Of a stretch of DNA of 64,000 nt, positions 39,163-51,608 are shown one piece after another (positions within the stretch are counted from its first letter, which is position 1; each line of letters begins with the position of its first letter). The notes under the pieces were generated by a model. It was not told where the DNA came from and made no database searches. It saw only the letters and a list, made by a program, of their open reading frames with translations. The stretch is from NCBI GenBank assembly GCA_937625935.1, contig OW569380.1:62001-126000 (forward strand). The letters run 5' to 3'. Made by a program: the position numbers and the translations under genes. The stretch comes from Tetramitus jugosus. Lineage: Eukaryota; Protista; Heterolobosea.

Positions 39163-40080
39163 ATGTTGATCAACAACAAAATATCCTCCACATCCACTCT
39201 ATTCTTACTCCTCACTCTCCTCTCTTTATTTTCTCTCTTTCATTTTTCCCGCCAAAAATGTGCCTTTACAGTTACCTCCAACTACTACAATGAATCCATG
39301 GGCGGCAATCCACCATCGCCCTACGACGGAGATCCATTCATATTGTCCGACAGTTCCATTTACACCAATTTGGCCAAACACTGCAAAAACATTCCCATGA
39401 ATTCACCAGTGTGCTGCAACACGACACAAGCCAACAAGATGCTCATGAATTTGATGCGTATTGATATTACCATGTGGCACTGTCCATCGTGCATGAACAA
39501 TTTTAAGCAAATGTGGTGTGATTTCACATGCAGTCCAAATCAAGGTGATTTTGTCATGGTCAAGGATTTGTACCCTGCTCCGTTCAATCAGTACGTGTCT
39601 GGTGTGTCATTCAAGATGGACCCTCAGTGGACGGTTGATTTTTGGAATAGTTGCAAGGATAATGTCATGGGATCGGCTCCGTTGCGCAAAACGTACATGA
39701 ATGGTGAGTATATGCTGCAGGGATTGGTCGATACAGATAAACCGAAACCCATGGTCAATTTTAATTTTATGGATTCTCCAAAGCCGTTGCCTGGTGGTCG
39801 ATACAATCGAACAGTTCAATCGTGCGAAGTTGGTTGCATGTGCACGTATTGTGAAGCGGCTTGCCATGCAGGAAAGCAGATTCAACCGGATTTTACGTGC
39901 CGTGTCGGTCGATTGTCCTGTTTGAACTTTGGAATGATTGTGTTGGCGATTTGTGGCGCCTTGTTCGTTGTTGCTGTGACAATTGGTGTGACACAACGAA
40001 TTATCCGATGGTATACGAGAGTGGAGGATATTCCGTCTAGGATCAAGAGTCCTGAGAAGACGAGACTTTTGACTCAATAA
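39163..40080 (+). CDS. Stand-alone NPC1 N-terminal (sterol-binding) domain with signal peptide and one TM helix
   Basis: VCC..Q, CPSCMNNF..MWCDFTCSPNQ.DF; single C-terminal TM helix. Confidence 0.85.
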   Translation: MLINNKISSTSTLFLLLTLLSLFSLFHFSRQKCAFTVTSNYYNESMGGNPPSPYDGDPFILSDSSIYTNLAKHCKNIPMNSPVCCNTTQANKMLMNLMRIDITMWHCPSCMNNFKQMWCDFTCSPNQGDFVMVKDLYPAPFNQYVSGVSFKMDPQWTVDFWNSCKDNVMGSAPLRKTYMNGEYMLQGLVDTDKPKPMVNFNFMDSPKPLPGGRYNRTVQSCEVGCMCTYCEAACHAGKQIQPDFTCRVGRLSCLNFGMIVLAICGALFVVAVTIGVTQRIIRWYTRVEDIPSRIKSPEKTRLLTQ

Positions 40081-40148
40081 ATGTAAATATATCCTGCTGT
40101 ACAAAATAAATTAGTTTCTCTTTTTAATGATTCGTTTTAAGCAACATT

Positions 40149-43094
40149 TTACTCCTCGAGTAGAAGCTTTGCATTTCTAACATACGTGACCATCAAGAAA
40201 GGATTCAATTGCTGCAATAGGTTTTGCTGCTCGAAACGTCTCAGGAAGGCAACCACGACAACTCTAACAGCCAGTGAAGTGTGGAAGATGCAATGCGCAA
40301 TAGGGCTAATACCTCCTCTGCACTCTGGAAGATAGGATAGAAACTCTAGTAGTTCATCTCTCGTATGAATGTTGCGAATAAACTTTTGGAATATAGTGAT
40401 GATTTGTTCTTCGTCTAGATTCGAGGAATGTGTCAGCGTATGAATCCATTTCGTTACTTCTACTTCTTTGGCAATCAGCCTATTCTTGCTGAGGAGCAAG
40501 CGTCTTTCTGCGTACAGTTTGAACGATTTTGTCAATCGCCACGTGAAAGTTTTGAGCACATTCTCATCTGGCTCCTCATCATCTGATGATTTCTTGTCGT
40601 ATGAGGATAGTGAGCGATAGTATTGCTTCTTTTGATACAGAATACGCTGCTTCATATCAAAAGCCAACTCCATGATACTTGTCGAATAATCATAAAAGAG
40701 AACACGAACTGCCTCTTCTGTCTCTTCTCTCGGAACCTTCTTCTTTTGATTCTCTGATATGAGATGCATGACCTTTCGAATAAAATCAGAGTCTTTTGAA
40801 GTCATATAAAATACATCATCATTCTCTGCCACTTGCACGGTCATGCTACTCACAATACCAGAATTTGATGCAGAGGACAAGGTACCTGTGACCGCATCTG
40901 AGATCATTCCCATTCCTGCTCCAATGCCACCTGCATGATGTTCATCTACATGATCAGCACCACCAGAGTGTGCAGCATGAGATGATGAATCCTCCAAAGA
41001 GGAAGCTCTGGAGTGATTGGGAGACAGCATGCCACCATCAAATGAACCATTCATTGGATCTTCTGGGTTGAAGCCAAAGATTTCATCTGTGGATGGTATT
41101 CCCGAGTGCTTGCGCTTATGCTTCCTTCTGTGCTTGCGTGCTGACTTGATCTTTGCATGCTTTCTCTTTGTCTTTGATTTGCTGTGTGTTGTATATTGTT
41201 TCTGTTGAAGACGAGTCTTCTCAAACGTACTCACAACAATTTTGCCCGTTTCAATCTCACACAGGAAATCAAAGTATTCGTCCTTGGATGCGAAAATAGG
41301 GTTCGTTACACCAACGACATATCCATTGTTCTTCTCATTCAACCAATCCATATTCATAAAGCTCACATAGGGAAAGGTACGATGACTTAGCAAATGAGGC
41401 AACTGCGGATGAAGCAACAGAGATGACATGACATAGGGAGTCACGAATCCAGCATTCTTGTTATTGGCCATAAACATGACACTCTTACCGTACAGGATTG
41501 CATTGAAAATGATCATTGTTTTTTCACCAAAGAGCTGAATGAGGTTCACCAAGGAAGCTTTTGTGCTGTCAAACTTTTCCTTTCGTTTCTTTAGTTCATC
41601 CATTGAACTGTGTCTGCTGTGATGTGATGAAGGACTGGCCATAATGTTATTATATTGAGCATCAAATGAACTGGTGCGACTACTGGATGGACTCTTTGAC
41701 TTTTTGCTAGAGGCAACAGGAGTCTTGGGAGCATCACTCTGAGGTGGATCAGACGACAAATCAGACGACAAGGGAAACATCATGAACGAATTGGCATTCT
41801 TCTTCTTCTTTTCGTAAATGAACGATATTTCATTGTCCAGTAACAACACTGGCACTCGAAGCTCAATCTCCGTATCATTTGGCTGATAGGCATCAGGATT
41901 CGTTGGATGATACCTCAAGATTGTGTGTATTGTTTCATATCGCGGTTCTTGATTCGGAAGACTAAATCTCCAGACGAGTCGTTGTGTGTCATTGTACACT
42001 GGCAGAGAACTTACATTAATCTTGTGATTGATATGATCGTACACGTGCGCCATAAATTCATTCAATTGTACCATGATTCGATCATAAATGGCTTGATCAG
42101 TCATTTGAGCATCCGAACTTGCAACTCCCGTCGTCATTGTCGTCATCCTTATCATTTTTTTTCTCTCGTGATCATACATGGCAAAAATCATTTCAAGCAC
42201 TTGACTCAACAATGGTTTCAACGCAAAACAACAACTCTTATCTCTGCTAATGACAGCCACGGATTTCACACGTGCACCTCGCCTAATATTTTCAATTTTT
42301 TTCTGCTTGTAAATATTGAGTCCATAGTAAACGACAGTGTTTGACTCTTGTTCCAATTCTAGCGTATCTTGTTCTTCGTCATCTCCTTCTTCTTCTTCTT
42401 CTTCATCATCATTTTCACCATCTTCTTCTTCTTCTTCATCATCGTCATCTTCACTGTCCTCTGTTTCGTCTTCTGCATCTTCATAGGCATCACTGTCATC
42501 CTCACTATCATGTTCTCCTTTTTCTTCCACTGCACTATTGTTCGAAATAGAAGCTTCTTTTTCAACAACATTTTCTTCTGATGATGATGAGGATGATATT
42601 GAGGATGATGATGAGGATTGTTTATCCGTCATCACATTGGACCCATTACTAATCAGAGTAATTGCTGAAGCTGCTGCTGTGGATTGACGATTGGGTCGCT
42701 TCACAGGTGGTGTGTTTAATAATAATACATTTTTGTTGTTATTTGTTTCCATTGCACTTGTTGTTGTTCTCGATGATGATGAGGATGATTTTTTAATAGG
42801 AGGAGGAGAGCCATCATGAGTACTACGTTGTTGTTGTTGTTGTTTTGGCTTTGATGATGATGAAGGAGGTAATGGAGGTGAACTACCAAGGTGACGAAAC
42901 AAAAAAATAGAAGTGTCTTCTGTACAATTGTGAGAACCATCGGGTAACATTTGAGCAGAGAGCTCTGATTCGTTGGCATATGGGAAATGAGAAGGATATT
43001 GTTGACGAACAACAGCACCCTTGTCTATATCAAATTCGGAGAAGAGCAAGTAGTCGATTCCAAAGTGTTTTTGAATGGGTGAAGAATTTGTCAT
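40149..43094 (-). CDS. Afi1/MesA-like DENN-family protein
   Basis: FSEFDIDKG..QYP..LPDGSH; FPYVS..GVTNPIF. Confidence 0.85.
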   Translation of the reverse strand: MTNSSPIQKHFGIDYLLFSEFDIDKGAVVRQQYPSHFPYANESELSAQMLPDGSHNCTEDTSIFLFRHLGSSPPLPPSSSSKPKQQQQQRSTHDGSPPPIKKSSSSSSRTTTSAMETNNNKNVLLLNTPPVKRPNRQSTAAASAITLISNGSNVMTDKQSSSSSSISSSSSSEENVVEKEASISNNSAVEEKGEHDSEDDSDAYEDAEDETEDSEDDDDEEEEEDGENDDEEEEEEGDDEEQDTLELEQESNTVVYYGLNIYKQKKIENIRRGARVKSVAVISRDKSCCFALKPLLSQVLEMIFAMYDHERKKMIRMTTMTTGVASSDAQMTDQAIYDRIMVQLNEFMAHVYDHINHKINVSSLPVYNDTQRLVWRFSLPNQEPRYETIHTILRYHPTNPDAYQPNDTEIELRVPVLLLDNEISFIYEKKKKNANSFMMFPLSSDLSSDPPQSDAPKTPVASSKKSKSPSSSRTSSFDAQYNNIMASPSSHHSRHSSMDELKKRKEKFDSTKASLVNLIQLFGEKTMIIFNAILYGKSVMFMANNKNAGFVTPYVMSSLLLHPQLPHLLSHRTFPYVSFMNMDWLNEKNNGYVVGVTNPIFASKDEYFDFLCEIETGKIVVSTFEKTRLQQKQYTTHSKSKTKRKHAKIKSARKHRRKHKRKHSGIPSTDEIFGFNPEDPMNGSFDGGMLSPNHSRASSLEDSSSHAAHSGGADHVDEHHAGGIGAGMGMISDAVTGTLSSASNSGIVSSMTVQVAENDDVFYMTSKDSDFIRKVMHLISENQKKKVPREETEEAVRVLFYDYSTSIMELAFDMKQRILYQKKQYYRSLSSYDKKSSDDEEPDENVLKTFTWRLTKSFKLYAERRLLLSKNRLIAKEVEVTKWIHTLTHSSNLDEEQIITIFQKFIRNIHTRDELLEFLSYLPECRGGISPIAHCIFHTSLAVRVVVVAFLRRFEQQNLLQQLNPFLMVTYVRNAKLLLEE

Positions 43095-43333
43095 AATGTT
43101 TGTTGTTGTTGTTGTTGTTTCCAAATGAATGATATTCTTTTTTTCTGTGCTTGTGTTGTTGTTTTTTTTTTCCTTTGGTATTGTTTTTTTTCGCTCGACA
43201 ACTTCCGTTTTTGAGGGTTCGCTGATTCGACCTTTGAAACAATTCTCACGGACACGAAGTAATACCACCCAATAGGGAGCACACTTACAAATGAGATAGG
43301 CCCGTAAAAAACCAATATGCTTGCTTGTTTTAT

Positions 43334-44198
43334 TTACTTGGATGGAGGAGTGACCAATGGCTTAATCACAAAGTACAAAATAATGCCAATAATTGCCAAC
43401 AGGACAATAATGACCACCACAAGAATAATCGAGTTCAAAATTCTTGTCCTGTTCATTCTTCCTATCGTTCTTCCACCGATTTGAATCTCAGATTTGACAT
43501 CTCTCAATCGATCTCTCGTATTTCTAACTTGTTCACCTTGTTGCTTGACTCTGGCTGCAGAATCAATGGCAGTTTCCTCTGTTTCTTGCAACAGAGTGTT
43601 GGCTTGATTGAGAACAGAGGAACTGCCCTTGAGTGTCTGTGTGTTGGAGTCCATTCTCTTCCTGTAGTCATCACTGGTCATCAATGAGTTGGCTGCTGTG
43701 CCATCAGAGCTACCACCCAATAGATAGTCTCTTCCTGCTTGATTGACATTGATCTTTGTGGATTCTTTGGAAACTTTGATTTGTTTCTTGAGGTCTTGCA
43801 TATCACTTTCAAACGTCTTGACAAGTTGCTTCAATCTTTGTTTGACATCTGGTTTGGCAATGCTGTTGGCTTCCATGTTCATTTGCTTGAGGTAGTCATC
43901 TGCTCTGGCACCCAGTCTATCGACTCTCTGAATCAATTTTTGTTTCTCAGCTATTTCAATTTCAATTTCAGTTCATTTTGTGCGTTGGTTTGTAGGTCAG
44001 TTGAAGGTCATGGTATGGCAACAAATTCAATAGAGTTCCAGTTAGCTCATGTTGTCGTCGTAAAATAATGGCGGGAAACAGAAAGAGTCGGAGAAACATA
44101 CCACCACTTTTTTCATCGAGTTGAGGCAAAAGTGTTTTGATTTGATTGGAAACGTCCAAATAATCGTTTTCTATGGATCTGAAATATTCGTCTTCCAT
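43334..44198 (-). CDS. VTI1: Vti1-like Qb-SNARE, 2 exons (intron 43951-44101)
   Basis: Habc N-terminus, SNARE motif ETEETAID..QGEQV, C-terminal TM; splice restores frame. Confidence 0.82.
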
Positions 44199-44582
44199 TG
44201 TGTTATTAGTTGTTGACAAGTAAGGTCGTTACTGTTCTTCTTGCTCGAGTGGTTGTTGTTGTTTTTGATTTGTTGTCAAAAGCTTGAACTGCACCGACGC
44301 CGACAATAAATATCCTCCTTTTGGAATCTGCTTCCAAGTTCGTTCTTTTTTTTTCAATCTGTGTCCGTTGGGCTTTGAGACAGATGCAGATTAATAACAC
44401 ATGTGAATATCTATCTGTCTATCTATCAGTTCAATAATGGTGTTCGTTGTGTGGATGATCCAACGTACCCATGCCAGACAAAAAGGTAGAAAAGTACGAC
44501 GTGTCTGACACCAAGGGAGAACTCAGAAAACTGCTGTTCCGCCACTGAGAAACAAAAAAAAAGAACAAAGAGAATATAACAA

Positions 44583-46721
44583 ATGTGGCTTCTGAATGGA
44601 GGTACAGAAGGTGGAGAAGACAACCAAAACGCCAACCAAAACGTCGGAGAGTTGTCAGAGCTACATGGAGCTGTTCTTTATGAAATTTTTCACTTCTTGT
44701 CATTCAAGCATCTGTTGACATCGATTTGTCTCGTTTGCCACGAATGGAAAATTATTGTGAATGAATGTTGTCAACATGTGATCCTATCCCATACTCCCCA
44801 GATATCCAGTAGGAGAGTGAACGGTATAGGATATTCTGTTGCGAATCCAAAGCCTGAGGTAACACCACACAAGATGCCATTCGATGGAGACACCATTGTC
44901 GCGATTGCAAATCAGTTTCGATTGCGATCATTGTGCTTGGGCAATTTGGAACGATCCTATCGATTGAAACACTTTATTGATACATGTTATCAGAACAAGG
45001 AGAAACCTGATTTTTTGCATACGATTGTTTTGTTGAGATGTTCGTTGGAGAGAGAAGTCGTGATGGTCAAGAAGCTGGAAAGTACTAAAGTGGATGTGGG
45101 TCCCTATATTAACATGAGTACTGGTGAGTTGGTAGATAATAGACGTGGTGGTATTGGTGGTCTGTTTTCTTCGATTCGATCATTCTTTACCTCTCGATCT
45201 TCCAAGCCCAATGAGTCAACGACCTCTGTTGTCGTTGAGAATCAGCAGAAAGAAAAGATTGTTCTCGATTGGGAGATTCCAACCTTTGGTACATTGGCAC
45301 CCATCTTTATTCAAAAGCTCGAGATGGTGGAATGTCAGATTGAGCACTCAGATTTCCAAACACTATTGGATCTAATGCCAAATTTGAAGGACCTCACGAT
45401 ACGCGAGTGCATCCATGTGAAAAAGCTGTCGATTCATAAGAATCATCAGTTGGAGAGCTTGTCAGTCGACCATCGAAAATATGGAATAATGGAGATGTCG
45501 ATTAGCGATGAGGTGGCAGCCAATTTGACCTCCGTTTCGTTGATCAAGACCAGAGGAGTCACTACGGATCACTATCTGAATCTGTTTGATAGGAACACTA
45601 GTCCAAAGTTACAAAAGTTGACAATCGATTTATTTTTTTCGAATGATCAATTAGAGGGACGGACGTGTGCCTGTACAGATCTTACATTAGCCCATTCGAG
45701 TGGTACAAGCGAAAATAGAGCGTGGATCTTCCAATGTTTGAACAAGTGGTTTCCAGATGTCGAAGTGTTGTGCATCACAAATGTGAGCATACCGGGCAAC
45801 TTGGAGAAACTCTCATTTCCAAAATTGCGTTCCTTCCAAACAGATAGTCCCAATATGATGCTCAGTATCGACAGTATGACTAATCTTGTTGATTTGACAT
45901 TGCTTGATATGAAAAACAATTATGCTCTCAGTTTTGATCGCACTGTAATTCGAGACTTGATAGAGTGTTGCCCTAATTCTCTCTCTTCGTTGCGCATCGA
46001 GCGAACGCCGTTAGAAAGTAGTGATGCTTCGTCTATATGCCGCAAGTTTTATCAATTGTCCTCCTTGACTGTATCAATGTGTGGAGATATTTATTTTGAA
46101 CCAGAGAGTTTCCATCACTTGAAAACTTTAAATTTGAGCTACAACTCGCAGATATCTGATACACACTTGATGGGGATCTCTCGTCTAAATCCACAACTCG
46201 AGTCTCTCAACCTGAAGATGTGCAAGAAAATAGAAAAGTGTCCCCTAGAGCTGTCAAACTTAAAGCAATTGTTGCTTAGTGGAACATCCATTGATGATGG
46301 AGTATTGAATGACATTTTGGGCAGCTGCCCCAATCTGCAACGATTGGATATTAACTGCTGCTCCAACCTCGTCAATCCGATTCTACAGAGCAACAGTCTC
46401 ATGTACTTGGACGTGAGTGAGAATGCGTTTTTGAAGACGAATTCAGTTGCTATTATGATAGCTAAGCTTCCCGTATTGAGAGTCCTAATAGCCAGGTGGT
46501 GCCCCCAAATGTTCCTTGCTGACAGCTTGGATAACTTTTATCCAGCGCTCAAGCATCTGTCTCTGTTGGATGTTGTGGGTAGTCTGACCACACCTACCCA
46601 AATTGATCCACTCATCAAACAATTGAAGGAGAATGATAAGGATATCGAGGTTATCACTGTGGAAAAAATCGCCGTTGCAAATTCTCGACTCGTCAAACAA
46701 TTCAAGTTTCACCAAACTTGA
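44583..46721 (+). CDS. F-box / leucine-rich repeat protein
   Basis: F-box VLYEIFHFL..CLVCHEW; cysteine-containing LRRs. Confidence 0.88.
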   Translation: MWLLNGGTEGGEDNQNANQNVGELSELHGAVLYEIFHFLSFKHLLTSICLVCHEWKIIVNECCQHVILSHTPQISSRRVNGIGYSVANPKPEVTPHKMPFDGDTIVAIANQFRLRSLCLGNLERSYRLKHFIDTCYQNKEKPDFLHTIVLLRCSLEREVVMVKKLESTKVDVGPYINMSTGELVDNRRGGIGGLFSSIRSFFTSRSSKPNESTTSVVVENQQKEKIVLDWEIPTFGTLAPIFIQKLEMVECQIEHSDFQTLLDLMPNLKDLTIRECIHVKKLSIHKNHQLESLSVDHRKYGIMEMSISDEVAANLTSVSLIKTRGVTTDHYLNLFDRNTSPKLQKLTIDLFFSNDQLEGRTCACTDLTLAHSSGTSENRAWIFQCLNKWFPDVEVLCITNVSIPGNLEKLSFPKLRSFQTDSPNMMLSIDSMTNLVDLTLLDMKNNYALSFDRTVIRDLIECCPNSLSSLRIERTPLESSDASSICRKFYQLSSLTVSMCGDIYFEPESFHHLKTLNLSYNSQISDTHLMGISRLNPQLESLNLKMCKKIEKCPLELSNLKQLLLSGTSIDDGVLNDILGSCPNLQRLDINCCSNLVNPILQSNSLMYLDVSENAFLKTNSVAIMIAKLPVLRVLIARWCPQMFLADSLDNFYPALKHLSLLDVVGSLTTPTQIDPLIKQLKENDKDIEVITVEKIAVANSRLVKQFKFHQT

Positions 46722-47058
46722 AGGGGTCCAAAGCATTTTAATCTAGCATGCTGCAAAATTTTAAACCTTTCGGCGTCAAATGGATCGCGATTGTCTCGAA
46801 TAAAATCTATTGCCCAAAACCAGCTAACCCTCCGAACATTAAAGTCTGTTCGAAATTTTACAAATTCGATCGAAGCGTCATACACCTATCCGAAAACGAA
46901 TGATATCTCGGTCATCATCAATAGTATGTCAACCCAAAACAAGTATCGTCCCATACATAAGGACTTCATCTTCCCTACTTTCGCTTCTTAACTTCAAAAG
47001 GTAGCCCTCGGGTGTTTTAACCGAGGAAGAACACAAAGATATCACTCCAGTATATATA

Positions 47059-49511
47059 ATGCGTACCCATAGAATGAGTAACAGAGCAACAAGGCACTCT
47101 CTGTCGACACTCTTCACCCTCATTGTTGTTGTTTTGATTATCATGATGAGTACGACTTCCCTTGGACCTGCTTCACCAATGGTCCAATGTGCCAATGGTG
47201 CTGCACCATCAAGGCATTACCCACAACGATTAGAGAATTATCTAGGATGGATAGGCTATGGTGTTTACTTTCTTATCGTTCTCATCAGTTTTATCGTCTT
47301 CTTCTGCATCATTTACAATGTAGCATTCTACGTGTGGTGTTGTAGATGTTCATGTCAATTTTGGGGTGGTTCAAAGCCCAGAGAAACTGGATATTCGTCC
47401 AATGAGATTCAACTCTCAATTTATTCCAATGCTGTTATGTTTGTATTGTTCAGGTAGGTGTGAACCGTTTTCCTTGTTTGTTTTTCTATTTTTTGTTACT
47501 AAGTTCTTATGTTACATACAGTGCGATGATTATGATTCTCGTATTGTCAAGTGTCTTGTTCACGACCACGCTACGAAAAGTAGAAAAAGAAACCAGTGAT
47601 CTCGTCGAAACATTCTTCGACAGAGTTGACAATGGTGTCAATTCCATCACCAACACGGAGCACATTGTAGATAACTTGTTCGATCGGTTAGATCTTATCA
47701 TCCATTCCTTCTCTGGTATCAATTCAAAGATTCAGACCATTGACAGTTCTCTGAAGGGTTCCAAACAAGACGTGCTGGCAGCGGATTCTCTGCTGAGCAA
47801 CTTGCAAAGTAATTTTACGCACTTGGTTGTGTTGACTGACCGAATTGCGAACGAGAGTGGAATGGCAGAAGCTCCTCAACCGAATCAGATACCAGATTTG
47901 AGTAGGTACAGAGCGGATATGAATAATATTTCGAACTCTCTGGACAAGGCACACTCCAATATCAACAGTGTCTTTAAGATGTTGAACAATTTGGTTGATG
48001 TTCAGGTCGCTGGTTCAAGAAACGCAATAGAGTCAACATTCTCAGCTGTGATGATGACAGTGAAAGGTCCATTGAACCAAGTGACTGAGTACTCAAGTAT
48101 TGTGAGAAATGTCATGGACCAGGGCTTTTACTATTTCAAAGTGGTGGACAATGTGCGAATTTCTCTAGTAATGACATTCCTTGCGGTAGTCTTTGTTGTT
48201 CTTGCCATTGGATTCGTTGGTATTTGGTTCCAGTGGAGGTGGTCGCCAAAGGTGACAGCATGCTGCTCGTTCTTCCTTCCATTTTTGTTTATTGTGATTG
48301 GTTTTCTTCACATTATCTTGTTTATTGGTGTTGTTGATGTTTGCAGAGAAGCAGAACCTGCTTTGAACAGAAGTCAGTCACTGATTGACTGGATAGTTTC
48401 AAAGGCGAGCACCAACTCGAATGCACGAAGACTCAGATCAACTTTCGACATTGACAACATGCTCCTAAAGAGTGAATTCGATATAGGGACTATCACGGGA
48501 AACATTTCTCATGTTGCTCTCGAAGTTCTTCACTGCTCTGGGAATGAAAATGTCTTGGATATGATACCAGGTCTCTCACCCAACAATTTTTTCAATGTGA
48601 CTGCATTGGTTGATCCTATAAGAAACGAAATTACTGATACGCTTCAATCGTTCAATACTAGCTCTCTAACATCCGAAGCCTCATCGTTCATATCTGATTA
48701 TGCTAGGATGAGAGATGATATGGTGACAGTTTCATTACAGGATGCAACACAACAACTCTGGGAAATTCAATTGCAACTGAACGAAATTTATCCACAATTC
48801 GACAACTTTACTCGATTTGGCTACGATGAATCGATTGTGGACCTTAAGGTAGATGAGTTAAACCTAGAGTCAACCAAACTAGGTGGAGAGTATTGGACAT
48901 TAGACAATGTGACCTCTTTGGATCCAGCTTCTTCACCTTACAATAATAATCAGACATTCTTCCAGGATCAAAGGTCGTTGCTCCTCGATTTCAAGAGCCA
49001 GCTAGATGACATCATCAACAAAACAAATTCATTGAAGCAAGATGCTCTCGAGCTCGACCGCACTGTTAATACTTGTTTGACAGAATTGAGTCAACTAGAG
49101 TCTCTGATAGTCAACGATCAACATATCAAGGCAATTCAAAATGCAATCGATTCAGTACCGAGCTCTGTTAATGATATTGCTCAATTGACAATGTCAGTCG
49201 CGGATTACGCAATCGATCAAGTGGATGGATTGATTGATAATGTCACGCGGGTAGTACATTGCAACTACATTGGAGACTACTATAAATCATCCAAGAACAA
49301 TGTGTGCTACCTCTTAGGACCATTCAGTGGTGTGATCACACTTTCTTGCTGGATTCTCTCCATTGTACTCCTGATATGGTTCGTCGTGTTGCTGCCTACT
49401 TCCAAGCGTATTGGATTCCTGAATCCAGAAGAAGGAATTCAAGAGATGAATCACTTAGAGATGATGGATATCATGGATCCCTTTGCCACCATACAAAAAA
49501 CCTGGACATGA
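47059..49511 (+). CDS. Tweety/prominin-like multi-pass membrane protein, 2 exons (intron 47454-47521)
   Basis: TM clusters with Cys-rich juxtamembrane segments and long helical ectodomains; splice keeps frame. Confidence 0.7.
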
Positions 49512-49633
49512 AGTGTATTTCTCCGTCAAGAGACAAGAACTTCTTCAGAACTCCTGGATTCTCCCGACGATACCATCAGATGAGAACTCAAACGAACCAA
49601 AAACCCTCAAACGAACAAAACGAACAAACAACC

Positions 49634-51568
49634 ATGTCATTCCTTACGAAAAACAACAAGAACAAGAATCACAACTTTGGAAAAATTCCTTTAGCTGTGC
49701 CTGCTACTCGTCCCATTCACGGACCAATTAAGGACAATGGAGATGACGACGTTTTGGAGCCATTAGACGAGTCATTAGAGAAGGAATTTCACTCATTGGA
49801 TCTCATCAAGGAATCTGAGCTCGTCTCAGTCACAGTCTACCAAAAAAATAGTGCTCTCTGTGTGCGCAGAGTCCAAGTCAATGTGAGTGACGCGTCCAAG
49901 GAACAAATTATTCAGTTACAACAAGTCAGTGAAAAAGTGGATTCCCGCTCTGTTCGTGCCGCCATTTCTCTTGTAAATTCGGAGAATATTGAAGGACCAC
50001 CATTTAAGATTGCGGATGTGTCTCATGTGGTTAAAGTAGAGGATCAAAAGAATGATCAATCCAACAAGTTGAAGCTCGAAGAAGAGCTTCAACAATTGAT
50101 CATCAAGAATCGAGTATTGAGTGATGAGTGCGACAAAATTGCCCGACAAAAAAAGTTTTTGACAGAGTATAGAGCAGGAGTGGTGACTGTGTCTCAGAAA
50201 GATATCCAGATTAGTCGTTTGATGGATGCGAGCAGTATTCAGTCCATGACAAGATTCATGGAGTGCTATACAACTGAAATTGAAAAGTTGGAGAAGGCTG
50301 AGATGAAACTGGAGAGAGAAAAGGCTGAATTGGCAAAGAAGATGCTTCAGTTGAGAACAGATATTGCAAAGGAGAAGGCTGAGACTACAAAGGAAACTTT
50401 GAGATCGATTGTGGTGACTATTGTGGCTCAAGTCACTGGTCAGTTGATTATCGATGTGTCTTATTTGATCTCTGGTGCGTATTGGAAACCGACTTATGAT
50501 GTTCGTGTCAACTGTACTCTCAAAAAGTTGGAGCTGTTCTACTATGGTATCATTACACAGAAGACAGAGGAAGATTGGATGGATACGGCCATCGCTCTGT
50601 CCACTGCTGATCCAACTGAACGTGCATCTCCAATGACTCTTCAAAGAATGGCCGTTCAATTGACTTATGGAACACCTAATCATATCGCAGCCAGACAGTC
50701 ACGCAGAAGGGGATCTTACAGCGATGATGAAGATGATTACACCAAGAACGAGTCGGTGATGATGGATGCCTTGTGTGACTTTAAGGAAGAGAGAATGAGT
50801 AGCAGCAGCAGCAGCAGAGCCGAAAAAGAGATGAGCCGAAAGCCAGCGTCTGTCGTTCATACTACAACAGAACAAGGTGTCATCTCGACAGTGTTCCACA
50901 TTCCTCGAAAGGCATCGATTCCAAGTGATGACTCTCCTCACAAGGTCAGCATTACATCTCAAACTTTTGATGCTCAATTATCTTATAGCACAGTGCCAAA
51001 ATTGGACACAAACGCCTATTTGAAGGCAGAGACTACAAACACGAGCTCTTATCCAATTCTAGAGGGTGACATGAACGTATTCGTAGATAATAACTTTGTG
51101 TCAACGGGCACAATGACTGCATGCAATCCAAACGAGGAACTCTCTAGCTTCTTGGGCAGTGATCCATCAATCAAGGTCAACTACGCAGCACCAAAGAGAT
51201 ACAAGGAGACTGTTGGTCTCATGAAGGGCAACAGCAAAGCTTCCATCACCAGAAAGGTCACCATTAAGAACACGAAACAGGTACCAGTCTCGTTGACTGT
51301 CGTGGACCAAATACCAAAGAGTGCGGATGAAAAGATTAAGGTGAAGGCCACCTATCCTGCATTCAAGGACTTGGAGACCACAGAAGCCTTAAGAGATTTC
51401 CCATCTACATCCAACGCCAAGGAGGCTCTCAAGACAATTGTAAAGCTCAAGGAGCAAGCCAACGTGGAATGGGAGCTCTCTATTCCTGCATCGAAGGAAG
51501 TAGATATCGAGTTGAGCTACAACGTTACTTGGCCAGTGTCAAACCCTCTCGATTTGGATACTCTCTAA
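49634..51568 (+). CDS. DUF4140/DUF4139 protein
   Basis: SVTVY..A, coiled coil, AYWKPTYDVR, QKTEEDW..LSTA.P. Confidence 0.9.
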   Translation: MSFLTKNNKNKNHNFGKIPLAVPATRPIHGPIKDNGDDDVLEPLDESLEKEFHSLDLIKESELVSVTVYQKNSALCVRRVQVNVSDASKEQIIQLQQVSEKVDSRSVRAAISLVNSENIEGPPFKIADVSHVVKVEDQKNDQSNKLKLEEELQQLIIKNRVLSDECDKIARQKKFLTEYRAGVVTVSQKDIQISRLMDASSIQSMTRFMECYTTEIEKLEKAEMKLEREKAELAKKMLQLRTDIAKEKAETTKETLRSIVVTIVAQVTGQLIIDVSYLISGAYWKPTYDVRVNCTLKKLELFYYGIITQKTEEDWMDTAIALSTADPTERASPMTLQRMAVQLTYGTPNHIAARQSRRRGSYSDDEDDYTKNESVMMDALCDFKEERMSSSSSSRAEKEMSRKPASVVHTTTEQGVISTVFHIPRKASIPSDDSPHKVSITSQTFDAQLSYSTVPKLDTNAYLKAETTNTSSYPILEGDMNVFVDNNFVSTGTMTACNPNEELSSFLGSDPSIKVNYAAPKRYKETVGLMKGNSKASITRKVTIKNTKQVPVSLTVVDQIPKSADEKIKVKATYPAFKDLETTEALRDFPSTSNAKEALKTIVKLKEQANVEWELSIPASKEVDIELSYNVTWPVSNPLDLDTL

Positions 51569-51608
51569 ATACGTATCATGTCTGTATCATTATAAATTAA
51601 TTTGTTGA

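Noticed and set aside
49304-49633. Long N-terminal extensions of ORF-track calls (also 14795, 27867, 34169, 38980, 43268, 56412)
   Set aside because: They start at non-ATG or upstream codons and run through stop-poor CAA-rich leaders; downstream ATGs fit better
49916-50683. 255-aa antisense ORF and similar shadow ORFs
   Set aside because: Mirror frames of well-supported genes on the opposite strand
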